From IMG/VR virus record IMGVR_UViG_3300038455_000034, positions 1 through 54,415 of that record: a stretch of DNA of 54,415 nt; one strand, 5' to 3'. The translations under genes were made by a program, and so were the position numbers. Below the pieces are notes generated by a model. It saw only the letters and a program-made list of their open reading frames with translations, was not told the origin of the DNA and did no database searches. Position 1 is the stretch's first letter. Each line of letters starts with the position of its first letter. The DNA comes from a virus. Shown here piece by piece: positions 23,656 through 30,242 of the stretch.

Positions 23656-24173
23656 ACCTGCTCACACAACAGATCATCGACGAGGCCAGGAAGTGGATCG
23701 GCACCAAGGAAGAGGGACGCAACGACGGGCCGCAAATTCGCATCTGGCTGTCACGGGTCAACCGCCATTCCGGTGCCCCGTGGTGCGCGGCCTTCGCTTG
23801 GTGCATGCTCGACGATGCTTGCCGCGCGCTTGGTTTGCGCAACCCGCTCGAACCCGTGGCTGGCGTGCATCTATTCCGCCAGCTCGCGCGCGAGCAGAAG
23901 GCTTGGACGAATGAGCCCGGACCTGGCTACGTGTTTTTCATCGATCACGGCGTCGACAAGGCAGGTCATCGCCTCGGTCACTGCGGGATTGTCGTGGGCG
24001 TTGGTCCGCAGAGCTTGGCCACGATCGAGGGCAACACCAATGAAGCCGGCGGGCGGGAAGGCGACCGCGTGGCTATCAAGACACGTCGGCTTGGCGAGGT
24101 GTCGCTCGGCTATCTCGATCCAGGCATGCTGTGCGCTGGGCAGACCTGCTCCGAGATGGCGGCCGACCAATGA
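23652..24173 (+). CDS. CHAP-domain peptidoglycan hydrolase (endolysin)
   Basis: ATGA overlap. Motifs ..GAPWCAAFAWC.., ..GHCGIVV.. and TIEGNT occur in CHAP order. Confidence 0.8.
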   Translation: MNLLTQQIIDEARKWIGTKEEGRNDGPQIRIWLSRVNRHSGAPWCAAFAWCMLDDACRALGLRNPLEPVAGVHLFRQLAREQKAWTNEPGPGYVFFIDHGVDKAGHRLGHCGIVVGVGPQSLATIEGNTNEAGGREGDRVAIKTRRLGEVSLGYLDPGMLCAGQTCSEMAADQ

Positions 24174-24345
24174 AGCGCAGTCCGCAGAAGCCCAGCCATC
24201 CCCAAGAGCCGTCTCATGTCGGCCCCGTCGTCGCGATAGGACGCTGGCTTACCTGCCGGGCCTGCTGGCGGTGCTGGCTCGCGTCGGGCAAGACTCCGAT
24301 ACCTAGATGCGCTCAGAGAACAGTGCGTGATGGATTCCAAGACAG

Positions 24346-24389
24346 GTAGAAACCTGGTATTGACAATGTGTAATCACGATGTCAACATG
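24346..24389 (+). promoter_or_regulatory. Candidate promoter overlapping a 26-bp palindromic operator
   Basis: TTGACAatgtgtaatcacgaTGTCAA at 24360-24385. Possible -10 elements are TGTAAT (24369-24374) or CAACAT (24384-24389). It lies in the 230-bp gap before the 24406 operon. Confidence 0.35.
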
Positions 24390-24405
24390 GTGGTAGAGGT
24401 TGCAC

Positions 24406-24579
24406 GTGGAACGGCCTACGAAATCGGACTATATCCCGACCCGAGAGGGCACGGAGGGACTGCGAGTCGTGCGCACCGGTGACGAGATCAGCGTCGAGAT
24501 GATCGACATCAATGGCGTGGTTCTTGACCTGGCACCCGTGCGGTTTCGTCAGACAAGCGAGTGCGAGGCTGCGGCGTGA
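24406..24579 (+). CDS. Hypothetical protein (57 aa)
   Basis: GTG 24406 lies 6 nt after gagg. Sequence MERPTKSDYIPTREGTEGLRVVRTGDEISVEMIDINGVVLDLAPVRFRQTSECEAAA is protein-like with high GC3. It ends in a GTGA overlap. Confidence 0.5.
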   Translation: MERPTKSDYIPTREGTEGLRVVRTGDEISVEMIDINGVVLDLAPVRFRQTSECEAAA

Positions 24580-24749
24580 GTTATCGCACGGGCAGTTGCC
24601 CAGCTTGCCGGGGCCGTGGATTTCACGCATTTCATGGCCGCAGATCAAGGGAGTGGCACTTGCTGTGTCCATGCTGTCAGGGCGGGGGCCGTATAGTCGT
24701 CGATTTCAAACGTCGGCCCGTCGCGGCGGCAAGGAGAAAAGCTGCATGA
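24576..24749 (+). CDS. Mini-protein with two DnaJ-type CxxCxGxG zinc-finger motifs
   Basis: CPACRGRG and CPCCQGGG are both present. GTGA overlap upstream and ATGA overlap downstream. Confidence 0.6.
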   Translation: MSYRTGSCPACRGRGFHAFHGRRSREWHLLCPCCQGGGRIVVDFKRRPVAAARRKAA

Positions 24750-25210
24750 CTGCTCTGGAGGTCATTTGCAATCCACCTCTACGCCGCCGCATTTCGGATG
24801 CTGCACGCACGAGCGATGCAACGGTCAAGGCATGGCTCAGAGGCGTGCCGGCGGTTTCGGTCGCGCTCAATGATGCCATCGCCACCGCATCAGCAAAGGC
24901 GGGCGTTGATCTGACCACGCGGCCAGTACTCGCCCCAGATGCCATTGCGCACGCCAGAGCCAGGCGTCGCGGAGACGCTACCCCGCGCATCTCACGTCTG
25001 GTGGAATCGGTGCAGGCCGAGCGTGCGGAGGTAGCGCGACTGCGCGCCCGCGTGGCCGAACTGGAGGCAGAACTAGCTGCAGCCCAGGCCCGCACCTACC
25101 CGGTCGGTGCCGTGGCGGCCATCCGGGCCGAGGATGCGCGCGCTGGTGGCGATGGACGCCGCGTGCGCATCGTCATGCCTGACGGCTCACGATACGTGCC
25201 AGCCGAGTAG
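24746..25210 (+). CDS. Putative HTH plus coiled-coil regulator (154 aa)
   Basis: RBS aaggaga. It has ..ISDAARTSDATVKAWLRG.. (HTH-like) followed by a coiled coil ..ERAEVARLRARVAELEAELAAAQ.. Confidence 0.6.
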   Translation: MTALEVICNPPLRRRISDAARTSDATVKAWLRGVPAVSVALNDAIATASAKAGVDLTTRPVLAPDAIAHARARRRGDATPRISRLVESVQAERAEVARLRARVAELEAELAAAQARTYPVGAVAAIRAEDARAGGDGRRVRIVMPDGSRYVPAE

Positions 25211-25309
25211 GGGCTTGCCTACCCGTGTGCGCCGAGGTATCATCCCCATGTTCTGGTTGGTCCCTCGACGGACCGGAAGGATCGGCAGGCCGTTAGGTTT
25301 ACCGGTCAA

Positions 25310-25354
25310 CGCCCATCGCGATGTCTACAGCTTCCGATGGGCGTTCGTGTTTTC
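25310..25354 (+). terminator. Intrinsic terminator (+ strand)
   Basis: A 9-bp stem cgcccatcg/cgatgggcg (25310-25318 / 25335-25343) is followed by ttcgtgttttc. Confidence 0.55.
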
Positions 25355-25366
25355 AGAGAACTTGAT

Positions 25367-25558
25367 CTAGGCGGCGCTTCCTGTTGTTGTGGCTCCCTTG
25401 GCGCTTTCCTTGGCAGCTTCCCTGATGGCCTTGGTTGCCCTGAAGCGCCCGCGACTTGGACGCTTGATGGAGCTATTGTCGAAAAGGCGGAACAGCCCAG
25501 CCCGGAGCTTGCGCTCAGAGTCGGTGATGTCCTTCCGTTTCCTCTTGTGCTTTCGCAT
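25367..25558 (-). CDS. Small very basic protein (63 aa)
   Basis: ATG at 25558 is preceded by aggaga at 5-nt spacing. Sequence begins MRKHKRKRKDITDSERKL.., and GC3 is high in this frame. Confidence 0.6.
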   Translation of the reverse strand: MRKHKRKRKDITDSERKLRAGLFRLFDNSSIKRPSRGRFRATKAIREAAKESAKGATTTGSAA

Positions 25559-25679
25559 GACTGTCTCCTAGCCTCTTGCGAAAGCTTCGTGCCCATGGCA
25601 GAATCTTCAGTTGACGGCTGCTGATTATGTTCGAGGTGGTAGTCTTCTCGGAGGCGCTACGTTGAGCAAATCGGTAGAG

Positions 25680-25722
25680 GCCCTGTGCGAGTGCTCAACA
25701 GCTCGTACAGGGCTTTTCTTTT
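25680..25722 (+). terminator. Strong intrinsic terminator with no obvious upstream + strand gene
   Basis: gccctgtgcgag (25680-25691) pairs with ctcgtacagggc (25702-25713) at 11/12, followed by ttttctttt (25714-25722). Confidence 0.65.
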
Positions 25723-25794
25723 GCGGTGGTCATGGTCCCTCTGGTTGTCGTGGATAGGCACGGAGCATGCATGATGCCACAAGCAGAGGTCTAG

Positions 25795-26001
25795 ATGCCA
25801 TCATACCGCAAGCGGACATTGACCGAATTTCTGCCCTCATTCCGCGTCGCGCCAGACGTGAAAGCCCGCGCAATCGCTGCGCTTTTGCCGGACGAGAACC
25901 TAGGCGCGCTGTGCCGCGTCGCCCTGGAAGCCGAGCTTGTAAGGCGGATTACAGTTGGCAAAACCGCCACACTTAGCGCTACAGAATCGCCACATAGCTA
26001 A
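25795..26001 (+). CDS. Ribbon-helix-helix-like DNA-binding protein (putative)
   Basis: ..PSFRVAPDVKARAIAALLPDENLGALCRVALEAELVRR.. fits a strand-helix-helix pattern. RBS is agagg. Confidence 0.45.
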   Translation: MPSYRKRTLTEFLPSFRVAPDVKARAIAALLPDENLGALCRVALEAELVRRITVGKTATLSATESPHS

Positions 26002-26134
26002 GACACGGAAGTCCTTAGCGAATATGGCAAAACATGCGATTGACGCGCAAATTGGTGTGGCAGTTTTGCTGGCCGCTGGCGGAGCTAGAAATGCGGTATC
26101 TAGTGAAATCGCATGGTTAGGCGTCTAATGAATG

Positions 26135-26150
26135 TGGCACAGCTCATGCA
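26135..26150 (+). promoter_or_regulatory. Sigma-54-type (-24/-12) promoter candidate
   Basis: TGGCAC-agctc-aTGCA differs from the consensus TGGCAC-N5-TTGCA at one position, with correct GG/GC spacing. It lies 13-34 nt upstream of the first small ORF. Confidence 0.35.
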
Positions 26151-26183
26151 GTACTACCAGACATGACGACGGAGGCAAGGACG

Positions 26184-26393
26184 ATGACGAAGCAGACCAT
26201 GGAAGAGCAAGTGACGGCAGCATTTCGCGGTGAATACGCGATGTTGGTCGAAGGACTCACCGCAGAAGATGAGCGTGTGAATGCATTGGAAACCGCGCGC
26301 GAACGAGCTGCCGCGCTGATTCCCGAAGGTCGTTTCGGTAGTTTTGATGACGAAATGTTGATCTTCGCCGAAGACCCTACATCGAATACGTAG
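26184..26393 (+). CDS. Small acidic protein (69 aa), cassette 1
   Basis: ATG 26184 follows gacggaggcaaggacg. Track ORF 26163..26393. Confidence 0.55.
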   Translation: MTKQTMEEQVTAAFRGEYAMLVEGLTAEDERVNALETARERAAALIPEGRFGSFDDEMLIFAEDPTSNT

Positions 26394-26408
26394 CCACCCC
26401 CCCCCCAC

Positions 26409-26440
26409 CGCGCGCGTGCGCTCGCAGATCGGCGCGCTCG
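26409..26440. repeat. Junction element copy 1 (GC-palindrome after the stop codon)
   Basis: ..ccaccgcgcgcgtgcgctcgcagatcggcgcgctcggacca.. preceded by a C10 run (26397-26406). Confidence 0.6.
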
Positions 26441-26483
26441 GACCAATCACGGACCCTAGGACAACAAACGGAGGAATAGGACC

Positions 26484-26726
26484 ATGAAAATCAAGCCCGC
26501 TCAACGCCGAAATCTGCGCTGCAAACTGTCCGGTGACACATTTGTTTCGCGCGGTCGCATCTATATTAGCACCTGTCCAGCTGACAACTATGCGACGCTT
26601 GAGGAGCTGCGAGACGGTTCGAACGACGCAGGCCAGAGCGACGAGCATCTCAACGCGTTTGTGCGAGACCCGGAGCATCATCGCTACCAGGGTAAGCTCC
26701 TGTACGTGCCAGTTACGATTCTCTAG
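26484..26726 (+). CDS. Hypothetical protein (80 aa), cassette 2
   Basis: Track ORF with RBS acggagg. Confidence 0.6.
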   Translation: MKIKPAQRRNLRCKLSGDTFVSRGRIYISTCPADNYATLEELRDGSNDAGQSDEHLNAFVRDPEHHRYQGKLLYVPVTIL

Positions 26727-26753
26727 CCACAGACGACGGAGGCAAGGACGACC

Positions 26754-26930
26754 ATGGCGACCAAACAAGAAAATATCGATATGCCAGGCGGTACGCAAAT
26801 CGTCGTGAGAAGCGTATTTGCTGGTGCTCCCTTCCGCGCGCTCGCATGCGAGCAGCAGTTGGCGCGGCGAGAGGCTTTGGACATCGCGCGGATATTGCGC
26901 GCGTTCCGCGAGTGGACCAGAGACGAGTAG
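26754..26930 (+). CDS. Hypothetical protein (58 aa), cassette 3
   Basis: Its leader gacgacggaggcaaggacga is identical to that of cassette 1. Translation is MATKQENIDMPGGTQIVVRSVFAGAPFRALACEQQLARREALDIARILRAFREWTRDE. Confidence 0.45.
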   Translation: MATKQENIDMPGGTQIVVRSVFAGAPFRALACEQQLARREALDIARILRAFREWTRDE

Positions 26931-26936
26931 TTCACC

Positions 26937-26954
26937 CCGCGCGCTCCCGCGCGC
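26937..26954. repeat. Junction element copy 2 (hairpin ccgcgcg-ctcc-cgcgcgg)
   Basis: A perfect 7-bp GC stem 7 nt after the stop codon, followed by ggaccaaccacagactgagga. Confidence 0.7.
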
Positions 26955-26996
26955 GGACCAACCACAGACTGAGGACCAGATAGGAGGCACGGACCA

Positions 26997-27236
26997 ATGA
27001 CCAAACTGATGCAGGAAAATATCCATAGTGCAATCGACGCATCACAAAGCAACCTCGATGTCTGGACGCGTGAGTTAGAATCACGCGGTATGCGAACGGT
27101 GCACGGGGCCAGGCTGGATCGTGATGGCGTCAAGCAGGCTGCTACTGCTCTCTATGCTATCGCACCGCCCGAGGAACGCGCGCAATGTACGCTGCCCGAA
27201 GCGATCGCGGAGGCTCACAGGTATTTTTTCGAGTAG
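26997..27236 (+). CDS. Hypothetical protein (79 aa), cassette 4
   Basis: Track ORF with RBS taggagg. Confidence 0.6.
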   Translation: MTKLMQENIHSAIDASQSNLDVWTRELESRGMRTVHGARLDRDGVKQAATALYAIAPPEERAQCTLPEAIAEAHRYFFE

Positions 27237-27240
27237 CCCA

Positions 27241-27262
27241 CCGCTCGCGCTCCTCGCGCGCG
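27241..27262. repeat. Junction element copy 3
   Basis: ccgctcgcgc-tc-ctcgcgcgcgg is an imperfect palindrome, followed by accacagaccgaga. Confidence 0.6.
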
Positions 27263-27331
27263 GACCACAGACCGAGATGACGATACGGACCAGCACAGAG
27301 GAAGACACCATGGCGACGAAAGGACATCACG

Positions 27332-28294
27332 ATGTGTAAGCCATTGAGCGGTTACGCGAGTAGGCCGGGCGAGATCTACTGCATCCCCGAGAGAACACAC
27401 TCTCATAGCGAGCTCGCCTGGGCGTTCGGCCTGAACGATAGTGACGTCTCGTTCTATCGACAGAACCTAGCCAAGTACGAGTTTACCCCACCGGAAGATC
27501 CGAAACTGTGGGGAGACCTGTCCAAGTGGGAGCTGCGGGTCGATGAGGACGCGACGCCGGACTGGTTTGATCGTGAAAAGGTTCGCGTCCACATGGAGAT
27601 GCTTGTCGAGTCGATGTTCATCCGCGACGAACGCGGGGTACTCTGCGGAGGGTGTTGGATCCTCGACGGAGAGAGGGCGCGGATCAAAGGGATCCTTGGA
27701 GGAACGATCGTAGGCGTCGTGAACGGTGCCAGCCTCGACGGTGCCCGCCTCGACGGTGCCCGCCTCGACGGTGCCAGCCTCGACGGTGCCAGCCTCGTCG
27801 GTGCCAGCCTCTACCGTGCCAGCCTCTACCGTGCCAACCTCGACGGTGCCAGCCTCGACGGTGCCCGCCTTGACGGTGCCCGCCTCGACGGTGCCAGCCT
27901 CGACGGTGCCAGCCTCGACGGTGCCAGCCTCGTCGGTGCCCGCCTCTACCGTGCCAGCCTCTACCGTGCCAGCCTCTACCGTGCCAACCTCGTCGGTGCC
28001 CGCCTCGACGGTGCCCGCCTTGACGGTGCCAGCCTCGACGGTGCCCGCCTCGACGGTGCCCGCCTCGACGGTGCCCGCCTCGACGGTGCCAGCCTCGACG
28101 GTGCCCGCCTCGACGGTGCCCGCCTCGACGGTGCCCGCCTCGACGGTGCCCGCCTCTACCGTGCCAACCTCGACGGTGCCAGCCTCGTCGGTGCCAGCCT
28201 CGTCGGTGCCTATATTCAGGATGGTGGATGGATTCCGGCGGGGTGGAAGCGCGGTCAAAACGGACTATTGGTCAAGGATGACACTACACGATGA
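27332..28294 (+). CDS. Pentapeptide-repeat protein (N-terminal ~130-aa domain plus 32 consecutive pentapeptides)
   Basis: 320-aa ORF. The units are [25 protein letters not shown] x 32, matching the A(D/N)LXX-type quadrilateral beta-helix signature. Confidence 0.85.
   Translation: MCKPLSGYASRPGEIYCIPERTHSHSELAWAFGLNDSDVSFYRQNLAKYEFTPPEDPKLWGDLSKWELRVDEDATPDWFDREKVRVHMEMLVESMFIRDERGVLCGGCWILDGERARIKGILGGTIVGVVNGASLDGARLDGARLDGASLDGASLVGASLYRASLYRANLDGASLDGARLDGARLDGASLDGASLDGASLVGARLYRASLYRASLYRANLVGARLDGARLDGASLDGARLDGARLDGARLDGASLDGARLDGARLDGARLDGARLYRANLDGASLVGASLVGAYIQDGGWIPAGWKRGQNGLLVKDDTTR
27725..28204 (+). repeat. 32 x 15-bp near-identical tandem repeat (ggtgcc[ac]gcctcgac and variants)
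   Basis: Read directly. Only a few variant positions occur per unit. Confidence 0.95.
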
Positions 28295-28344
28295 AGGAGA
28301 ACGGACCTATGACGATACCTGCCGCCCGGCCAGATTGAGGCGCC

Positions 28345-28455
28345 ATGACCGGACAGCAGAGAGCGAGTGTGCAGTTCACAAAGCCGGGTTTCGTTTGGTG
28401 CTTTGTGGTGCTCTGCGCGGTCGTGGGGCTGATTGTTTGGTGGATGATTCGATAG
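28345..28455 (+). CDS. 36-aa single-TM micro-protein (tentative)
   Basis: gagg lies 5 nt upstream. Translation is MTGQQRASVQFTKPGFVWCFVVLCAVVGLIVWWMIR. Confidence 0.4.
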   Translation: MTGQQRASVQFTKPGFVWCFVVLCAVVGLIVWWMIR

Positions 28456-28477
28456 CAAAACAATAAGGAGACATAAT

Positions 28478-28777
28478 ATGAACATGCACGAATGGGACCG
28501 TTGCGCCGTCAAGGGCTGTCCATTGCGGCGAGTGCTCAATTCCCAAGGATGTCGGCTGCATAGTAGGAGTCTGATCCATCAGACCTGCGACGATATCATC
28601 GCACTGCCGGATGTGCAGGAGCACCGCGGCCCCAATCGCAACCGCCGCACGGCAGAGGAAATCTCCCGGCGCGCAGCCGTCCATCACGGCACGACGCCGG
28701 AGCAAATTGTCGCGTGGCTGCGCGCCGAGGAGGCACGCGTTCAGTCTGAGGTTAGCGAGGACGAGGTGCGATCGTGA
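28478..28777 (+). CDS. Hypothetical protein (99 aa)
   Basis: Strong RBS taaggag. Confidence 0.6.
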   Translation: MNMHEWDRCAVKGCPLRRVLNSQGCRLHSRSLIHQTCDDIIALPDVQEHRGPNRNRRTAEEISRRAAVHHGTTPEQIVAWLRAEEARVQSEVSEDEVRS

Positions 28778-28998
28778 CCTACTGCTGCGACCACCTGTCA
28801 GACCTCAAGCGCGCACTCGGTCCGGTGTTCAATGCTTGCCGTTCTGCCGCCGTAGCTGCCGAGGACGAGCAGCGTGCTGCTGGGGCAAACTACGTCCACG
28901 TCGACGCCGCAATCCAGAATCAGCGCCGCTGCCGGCGCATCCGTGAGTGCCTCGACGAGATTCTCGCCGAGCTGCCCATTCTGGGAGGTGATTCATGA
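28774..28998 (+). CDS. Hypothetical protein (74 aa)
   Basis: GTG start in a GTGA overlap. Confidence 0.55.
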   Translation: MTYCCDHLSDLKRALGPVFNACRSAAVAAEDEQRAAGANYVHVDAAIQNQRRCRRIRECLDEILAELPILGGDS

Positions 28999-29174
28999 TT
29001 ACCCAGCGAGAACTGTATCTCGCCCAGAAGCATCTCGACCTACAGACGCCAGCCGATGACGAGCCTGCGACGGAATACGAGCGCGACTATGACCCCGACG
29101 ACGAGCCGGGCGACGGCGACAAAGGCGCGATCGTGCTGGTTGACGGCGAAATCGCCGCGAAGGCGGAGGTGTAG
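28995..29174 (+). CDS. Small strongly acidic protein (59 aa)
   Basis: ATGA overlap. Translation is MITQRELYLAQKHLDLQTPADDEPATEYERDYDPDDEPGDGDKGAIVLVDGEIAAKAEV. By my count it has 17 D/E against 5 K/R. Confidence 0.5.
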   Translation: MITQRELYLAQKHLDLQTPADDEPATEYERDYDPDDEPGDGDKGAIVLVDGEIAAKAEV

Positions 29175-29176
29175 CG

Positions 29177-29368
29177 ATGCTGCGATTCATCCTGCGCCGA
29201 GAGACCTATTCAACGGTCGATGAACTGCGGACATCGGATCTCTTCACGGTGGACGCGGAAGTCCAAGCGCTGGAAGATGCGCTGTGCGCCGGTGGGCGAG
29301 GAGAAGCGGGATTCGACAGGACCGAGCTTGTTGGCGTCGAGGTGCTTCCGAAGAAGGCGGAGGTGTAG
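29177..29368 (+). CDS. Hypothetical protein (63 aa)
   Basis: Track ORF. It shares the 17-nt 3' end gaaggcggaggtgtagc with the preceding gene. Confidence 0.55.
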   Translation: MLRFILRRETYSTVDELRTSDLFTVDAEVQALEDALCAGGRGEAGFDRTELVGVEVLPKKAEV

Positions 29369-29370
29369 CC

Positions 29371-30240
29371 GTGGCGACAATCCTCCACCCCGGCCTGCAC
29401 CTCGGCGTCCCGCATTCCGTCTATCACTCCGACCCGAGCGAGCGCCCGTCGCTGTCAAGCCACGTGGCGAGCACGCTCATCTCGAAGTCGCCAGGGCACG
29501 CGAAGATGATCCACCCGCGCTTCGGCGCCCTTCGCGGCGACTCCAGCGACGAAATGGATACCGGCTCGATTTTGCACGGCCTACTTCTCGGTGGCGGTGC
29601 CGAGCTGGTTGCCGTCGATGCCGATTCCTGGCGCACCAACACGGCCAAGGCGGCTCGCGATGAAGCTCGCCAGGCTGGCAAGATCGCCGTGTTGGCCGGC
29701 AAGCTAGAGAGACTTCAGAAAGCAGCCGGCTGGATTCGCATGTCATTGCCTATCGACTTGACCAAGGCGTCGACGGAGGCGACGGCGATCTGGACGTCAC
29801 AGGATTGCCCGTGCCGATGCCGCATCGATATCCTGATGCCGGACCTATGGATCTGGGACCTCAAGACCTGCGAAGATGCCTCGGTCGCGTCGGCAGACCG
29901 CAACATCGCGGCCATGGGCTACCACCTACAGGGCGCCGCCAACATCGACGGCGTCGAGTCGACGGTGGAAGGCGCCGCCGGCCGCGTCCACTTCGGATTG
30001 TGCTTCGTCGAGTGGGAGAACCCCGAGATCGGTATCGTTCGCAAGGAGGTGCGCGGGCAGCTTCTGGACGTCGGGCAGCGACGGTGGAACCGTGCGAAGG
30101 GCATCTGGGCGCGCTGTCTCGCCGACAACAGGTGGCCTGGGTACTCGACGGAGATCACGGAAGCGCAGTGCCCGCCGTGGATCGCCGCAGAAGACATGGA
30201 ACAGCAGATCGCCGGGAACGCTGGTGGGGAGCCATTCTAA
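29371..30240 (+). CDS. PD-(D/E)XK exonuclease (RecE C-terminal / DUF3799-like)
   Basis: GTG 29371 follows ggagg. Motif ..RIDILMPDLWIWDLKT.. (D..D-L-K) and a later ..GYHLQ.. are consistent with this nuclease fold. Confidence 0.65.
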   Translation: MATILHPGLHLGVPHSVYHSDPSERPSLSSHVASTLISKSPGHAKMIHPRFGALRGDSSDEMDTGSILHGLLLGGGAELVAVDADSWRTNTAKAARDEARQAGKIAVLAGKLERLQKAAGWIRMSLPIDLTKASTEATAIWTSQDCPCRCRIDILMPDLWIWDLKTCEDASVASADRNIAAMGYHLQGAANIDGVESTVEGAAGRVHFGLCFVEWENPEIGIVRKEVRGQLLDVGQRRWNRAKGIWARCLADNRWPGYSTEITEAQCPPWIAAEDMEQQIAGNAGGEPF

Positions 30241-30242
30241 CC

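Noticed and set aside
24170-24349. 59-codon ORF with an ATGA overlap to the endolysin stop, considered as a possible holin/spanin
   Set aside because: MKRSPQKPSHPQEPSHVGPVVAIGRWLTCRACWRCWLASGK.. has no TM segment or lipobox and is rich in Trp, Cys and Arg. It may be translated, but I cannot support a call.
24300-26100. Lysogeny module (integrase / CI / Cro) around the divergent region
   Set aside because: Only small putative DNA-binding proteins (RHH-like, HTH-like) are present. No tyrosine or serine recombinase motif occurs anywhere in the 54 kb, so temperate status cannot be asserted.
27725-28204. CRISPR array interpretation of the tandem repeats (also considered for 32644-32817 and 39648-40080)
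   Set aside because: The repeats are contiguous 15-mers or hexamers with no spacers. There is no leader and no cas genes.
27467-28258. 263-aa minus-strand ORF and 246-aa + strand ORF (27726..28466) across the 15-bp repeat
   Set aside because: Both are repeat-generated alternative frames (EAGTV.. / PASTV..). The pentapeptide frame alone has a non-repeat N-terminal domain, a plausible start and a clean stop.
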